From assembly GCA_965140705.1 (NCBI GenBank), contig OZ223301.1, positions 274,490-338,489 of the forward strand: a stretch of DNA of 64,000 bases, given 5' to 3'. Made by a program: the position numbers and the translations under genes. This DNA comes from an uncultured Arcobacter sp. (lineage in GTDB: Bacteria; Campylobacterota; Campylobacteria; Campylobacterales; Arcobacteraceae). Shown here piece after piece: positions 60,553-64,000 of this stretch. The notes beneath the pieces are model-generated. The model had not been told where the DNA came from. It did not search any database and saw nothing but the letters and a program-made list of their open reading frames with translations. Position 1 is the stretch's first letter. Every line of letters starts with the position of its first letter.

Positions 60553-61711
60553 AAAAAAAGCCTTATTTAGTTTTTTATTTATATATATTGGTTCAACTGC
60601 TTTAATTCTTTTTATTTTATTACTTTCTTATTATAAAAAAGAGATTAATATGGTTGGTCGTCAATGTTCAATTGAAATGACAAGTGCTGCAAATATGCTA
60701 AAGGCGAATATACTTAATGCATATATGGAAAAGAAACCTTTTATTCCAACTCCATTAAAAAACAAGAAATTAAAATATGCACTATTTGATAAGGACAAAA
60801 AACCTATTTATTCTCAACTTGAAAATAACAATATAAATTTGGAGTTAAAAGTTTCTCACAATGAAAGGCACTCTTTTCATGTGGCTAAGCTTGAAGAACA
60901 TCATGAAGAAAAAATTGCTGTTAAATATATTGTAATTGAAACAAATCAAATAATTAGTGAAACTCAAAAGTTAAAAATTTATATAGGTGTAATTCTACTA
61001 TTAGGAACTTGTTTTATTGCTTGTATTGGTTATTTATTAGCTAAATTATTATTAAAACCTGTTCGAGAAAAAGTAGAACAAATGGATAAATTCATAAAAG
61101 ATTCTGCCCATGAATTAAATACACCAATTGCAGTTTTGATGACATCTGCCTCAACTTTAAAAGAGGGGCGAAATTCTGAGAAAATGTTAAAGTATATAGT
61201 AAGTAGCGCTAAACAGATTTCACAATTATATAATGATATGCATTATAGTGCTTTTAGTAAACAAGATGTTTTTTTAGATGTTGATATTAATTTTTGTGAA
61301 TTGATTAATGATAGTGTTGAGTTCTTTCAAGATATTGCGATAACTAAAGGTATACAGATTTCAAAAGAACTTGAACCTTGTGATATATTTATGGATAAAA
61401 CAAAAACACAAAAAATAGTAAATAATCTTATTTCAAATGCAATTAAATATTCAAATAAAGATTCTAAAATAATTGTAAGGGTGAAAAATGCAATTTTTTC
61501 TGTAGAGGATTTTGGAATAGGAATTGATGATAAAGACCAAAAAGAAATTTTCAAAAGATATAAAAGAGGTAAAAACTTCGAAGGTGGTTTTGGTATTGGA
61601 TTAGATATTGTAAGTGGAGTTTGTAAAGAGTATGATTTAAAACTCTCTTTAAACTCCAAATTAAACGAAGGTTCAACTTTTTCTGTAAATTTTAATTCAG
61701 TTAAGAGATAA
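60539..61711 (+). CDS. Sensor histidine kinase
   Basis: Two TM helices, H-box SAHELNTP, NLISNAIKY, DFGIGI, GFGIGL. Confidence 0.95.
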   Translation: MNKNEKKALFSFLFIYIGSTALILFILLLSYYKKEINMVGRQCSIEMTSAANMLKANILNAYMEKKPFIPTPLKNKKLKYALFDKDKKPIYSQLENNNINLELKVSHNERHSFHVAKLEEHHEEKIAVKYIVIETNQIISETQKLKIYIGVILLLGTCFIACIGYLLAKLLLKPVREKVEQMDKFIKDSAHELNTPIAVLMTSASTLKEGRNSEKMLKYIVSSAKQISQLYNDMHYSAFSKQDVFLDVDINFCELINDSVEFFQDIAITKGIQISKELEPCDIFMDKTKTQKIVNNLISNAIKYSNKDSKIIVRVKNAIFSVEDFGIGIDDKDQKEIFKRYKRGKNFEGGFGIGLDIVSGVCKEYDLKLSLNSKLNEGSTFSVNFNSVKR

Positions 61712-62291
61712 TTTTTAACTCAATTGTAGAATCTGGATTTTCTTTGATCTCAGAATTTCGATAATTTCTAGTTTTTGCTAGTGCACCTTGAATAGTCTCC
61801 AATACATGCCAAAACTTCTCATTAAATGGAGCACTGATATCTTTGATTTGGTGTTCTTTAATCAAATCAGATATTATTTCTATGATATGCATATAATATA
61901 TTTTATTTATAGCTCTTTGGATTCTATATTCATGCATGATTTTTAAGTTGTTTTGTAAGGCACTTAGTTCATCTTTGTTTAATAGGGGATGTGAATTTGG
62001 AGTATTTTCAATCTCTTCTTTTAAATATTGTTTATAATTAACAATCTCTTTTTCAATAGTTTGTTTTAATTTAGGTTTATAGCTTATTATAGTCTTTTCT
62101 ATCTCTTCATCACTTGGTTTTAAAATTTGGGCATCATACTTATATACTTTACCATGTACATATTCATGATTGATTGCATTTAAAATCTCTATTGCAGTTT
62201 GTATATAAACATATTTATCTTCTTTGCCATCTTTGAAACTTACTCCATGTTCTGAAATGATGGGTTTGGGTCCTTGATATTTTAGTTTCAT
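61701..62291 (-). CDS. Hypothetical protein
   Basis: Long clean ORF; likely start MKLKYQGPKP at 62291. No function recognised. Confidence 0.75.
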   Translation of the reverse strand: MKLKYQGPKPIISEHGVSFKDGKEDKYVYIQTAIEILNAINHEYVHGKVYKYDAQILKPSDEEIEKTIISYKPKLKQTIEKEIVNYKQYLKEEIENTPNSHPLLNKDELSALQNNLKIMHEYRIQRAINKIYYMHIIEIISDLIKEHQIKDISAPFNEKFWHVLETIQGALAKTRNYRNSEIKENPDSTIELKIIS

Positions 62292-62387
62292 CTCTAGCCT
62301 TAAAAATTTTTTACTAAAATTCATTTTACAATATATTTACTTTCTTTAAATAATTTTTGTATAAAATAGAAAGATAAAGGCTATTTG

Positions 62388-62963
62388 ATGAATAATATAA
62401 TTAAAAATTTTAGAATTACAAATTTAGAAGATACAAAGTTTGTCCATCCAGTAAAAATAACATACAATCAAAATGGGATTGATAAAACTTGGGAAGCAGT
62501 TAGAAGCTTCGATTCAGTTTCTGTTTTACTTTATAATGTAGATAAAAACTCTTTTCTTTTAGTAAAACAATTTAGAGCTCCTGTTTATTTAAATGATAAA
62601 TCAAACTTGTGCACTTATGAACTTTGTGCTGGGATTATTGATAAAGATATATCTTTAGAAATGATTGTGAAAGAAGAGATAGATGAAGAGTGTGGATATG
62701 AGGTTCCTTTGGAAAATATAGAAAAAATAACCTCCTTTTATACAAATGTAGGAGTTAGTGGTGCTAAACAAAACTTATATTACGCACAAATAAGTGATAG
62801 TATGAAAAAACATAATGGTGGAGGAATCCATGATGAACAAATAGAGACTATGTATCTTCCAATTGATGAATATAAAGATTTTATTTATGATGAAAGTAAG
62901 GCCAAAACCCCAGGATTGATGTTTTCATTTATGTGGTTTATGGAGAATAAAATATCTGCTTAA
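62388..62963 (+). CDS. NUDIX hydrolase (NudK/ADP-ribose pyrophosphatase-like)
   Basis: LVKQFRAPV, ELCAGIID...EEIDEECGY Nudix box, GGG. Confidence 0.9.
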   Translation: MNNIIKNFRITNLEDTKFVHPVKITYNQNGIDKTWEAVRSFDSVSVLLYNVDKNSFLLVKQFRAPVYLNDKSNLCTYELCAGIIDKDISLEMIVKEEIDEECGYEVPLENIEKITSFYTNVGVSGAKQNLYYAQISDSMKKHNGGGIHDEQIETMYLPIDEYKDFIYDESKAKTPGLMFSFMWFMENKISA

Positions 62964-63073
62964 GAATATATTTTTATATTCCAGCTCTTTTAATCTAAAT
63001 AATTAAAAATTTTCTAACGCCATTCTAATTTCTCAATGTTATACTTATTGTATAAACTTGATTAGGAGATATT

Positions 63074-63526
63074 ATGACTTTAGATACTCAAAAAACACTA
63101 ATGCCATTAGAAAATAATGATATATCTTTATATACATCTATGCATAATACAAATTTAACTACCTCCGATCAAATAAGAGTAAATAGCGTAATAATTGATA
63201 AAACCAAAGATAGTGATAGTGTAAAATTAAGTGATAGCTTAAAAGGTATGTCAGAGGAGTCTAAAATTTTAGAAAATTTAAAAGTTAAAATGCTTCAAAT
63301 AAATATGACTACAGATGAAGAGAGAAAAAAGAATATTAAATATGAAATAGATAATTTACTTAATAAATTCTCTAATACTATAAAAAGTCCTTTATCAGGA
63401 AAAGTAGATTATAAAAAAGAGAGTTTAGATTTTGATAAAAGTAATATTTCTGCCTTAAGTGGTTCTTTCATTAAAAGTCAGGGAAATATTAATCAAAATA
63501 ATGTCTTAAAACTTTTAGAGGAGTAA
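63074..63526 (+). CDS. Miniature flagellin-like protein
   Basis: C-terminal VDYKKESLDFDKSNISALSGSFIKSQGNINQNNVLKLL matches the flagellin C-terminal helix. The middle resembles part of flagellin N. AGGAG RBS. Confidence 0.72.
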   Translation: MTLDTQKTLMPLENNDISLYTSMHNTNLTTSDQIRVNSVIIDKTKDSDSVKLSDSLKGMSEESKILENLKVKMLQINMTTDEERKKNIKYEIDNLLNKFSNTIKSPLSGKVDYKKESLDFDKSNISALSGSFIKSQGNINQNNVLKLLEE

Positions 63527-63559
63527 CTTTAGTTGTAACTAGTTACTTGAAACAGATTT

Positions 63560-64000
63560 TTAAACGGGCTCTTTAAAAACTGTTACTTTATTTCTTCCAC
63601 TTTGTTTAGATTGATATAAAGCCTTATCAGCATTGTTATATAATTCATCTATTTTAACATCATGGGAAATATATTTTGTTACTAATCCTATTGAGACTGT
63701 AATTACATCAAAATTTTCATTAAATTTATGCTCTAAGTTTTTATCTTGTATTTTTTTACACAAAGCCTCTGCCATCTTTTTACCATTTTCTTCATCTTTA
63801 CTTGCACTAACAATTAAAAATTCTTCCCCACCAACTCTAAAGCAATATTCTGTATCCCTTTTAAAATTATCCTTTATAATTTTAGAGACCTGAATAAGGA
63901 CATCATCTCCTTTTAAATGCCCATAATTATCATTATACTTCTTAAAATTATCAACATCTATTAAAATAAAGCTCACATATGAATTAAATCTTGAAAAATT
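63560..64000 (-). CDS. Diguanylate cyclase (GGDEF domain), 5' part outside window
   Basis: IDVDNFKKYNDNYGHLKGD, RVGGEEF, TVSIG, ADKALYQSKQSGRN. Frame is open to the window edge. Confidence 0.93.
   Translation of the reverse strand, partial: NFSRFNSYVSFILIDVDNFKKYNDNYGHLKGDDVLIQVSKIIKDNFKRDTEYCFRVGGEEFLIVSASKDEENGKKMAEALCKKIQDKNLEHKFNENFDVITVSIGLVTKYISHDVKIDELYNNADKALYQSKQSGRNKVTVFKEPV

Noticed and set aside
202..63893. Short antisense or alternate-frame ORFs in the track (e.g. 202-585, 16260-16739, 30042-30371, 47785-48216, 61327-61659)
   Set aside because: They lie inside well-supported genes and show no motifs; they are shadow ORFs.
1..64000. CRISPR arrays, integrases, transposases, prophage genes, rRNA
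   Set aside because: No regularly spaced repeat-spacer array and no ORF with such motifs was seen.

Overview
Very AT-rich bacterial chromosome segment. The gene set, the gyrA numbering and the flagellin-like motifs point to Campylobacterota, most likely Arcobacteraceae (inference). Left to right: (1) 1-11.2 kb, the 3' part of a lipo-oligosaccharide/LPS core locus with GT4s, four GT9s including waaF, an AsnB-type amidotransferase, a Cst-type GT42 sialyltransferase homologue and a WaaL-like ligase. (2) 11.2-20.6 kb, housekeeping genes (rpmB, K+ channel, argJ, gyrA, asd, hemE, radical SAM) ending in two identical tRNA-Asn genes. (3) 20.6 to about 26 kb, an accessory patch beside the tRNAs: a standalone SIR2-domain protein, a palindromic repeat element, gene relics, a lipoprotein pair and a membrane-anchored Mrr-like protein. 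(4) 26-40.7 kb, mixed metabolic genes: selO, GlnRS-YqeY, cfa, ada, an MCP, a 33-aa basic microprotein, and a TudS-like enzyme with a partial ABC transporter. (5) 40.7-49.1 kb, an anaerobic cobalamin ring-synthesis operon (cbiM-K-L-C-ferredoxin-D-ET-F-G-H). It has no recognisable B12 riboswitch and no cbiJ, but is preceded by a 56-aa leader ORF ending in an SPP motif. (6) 49-64 kb, a cluster divergent from a MocR regulator that includes a compact molybdoenzyme, then purine salvage genes, yajQ, a two-component pair, a NUDIX hydrolase, a miniature flagellin-like protein and a partial GGDEF gene. No CRISPR array, integrase or intact IS was seen. Best novelty candidates: the putative arrest-type leader peptide before the cbi operon, the tRNA-adjacent SIR2 protein, the mini-flagellin, the GT42 and the TudS-like/ABC module. 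All family calls come from motif recognition by eye; no searches were run.
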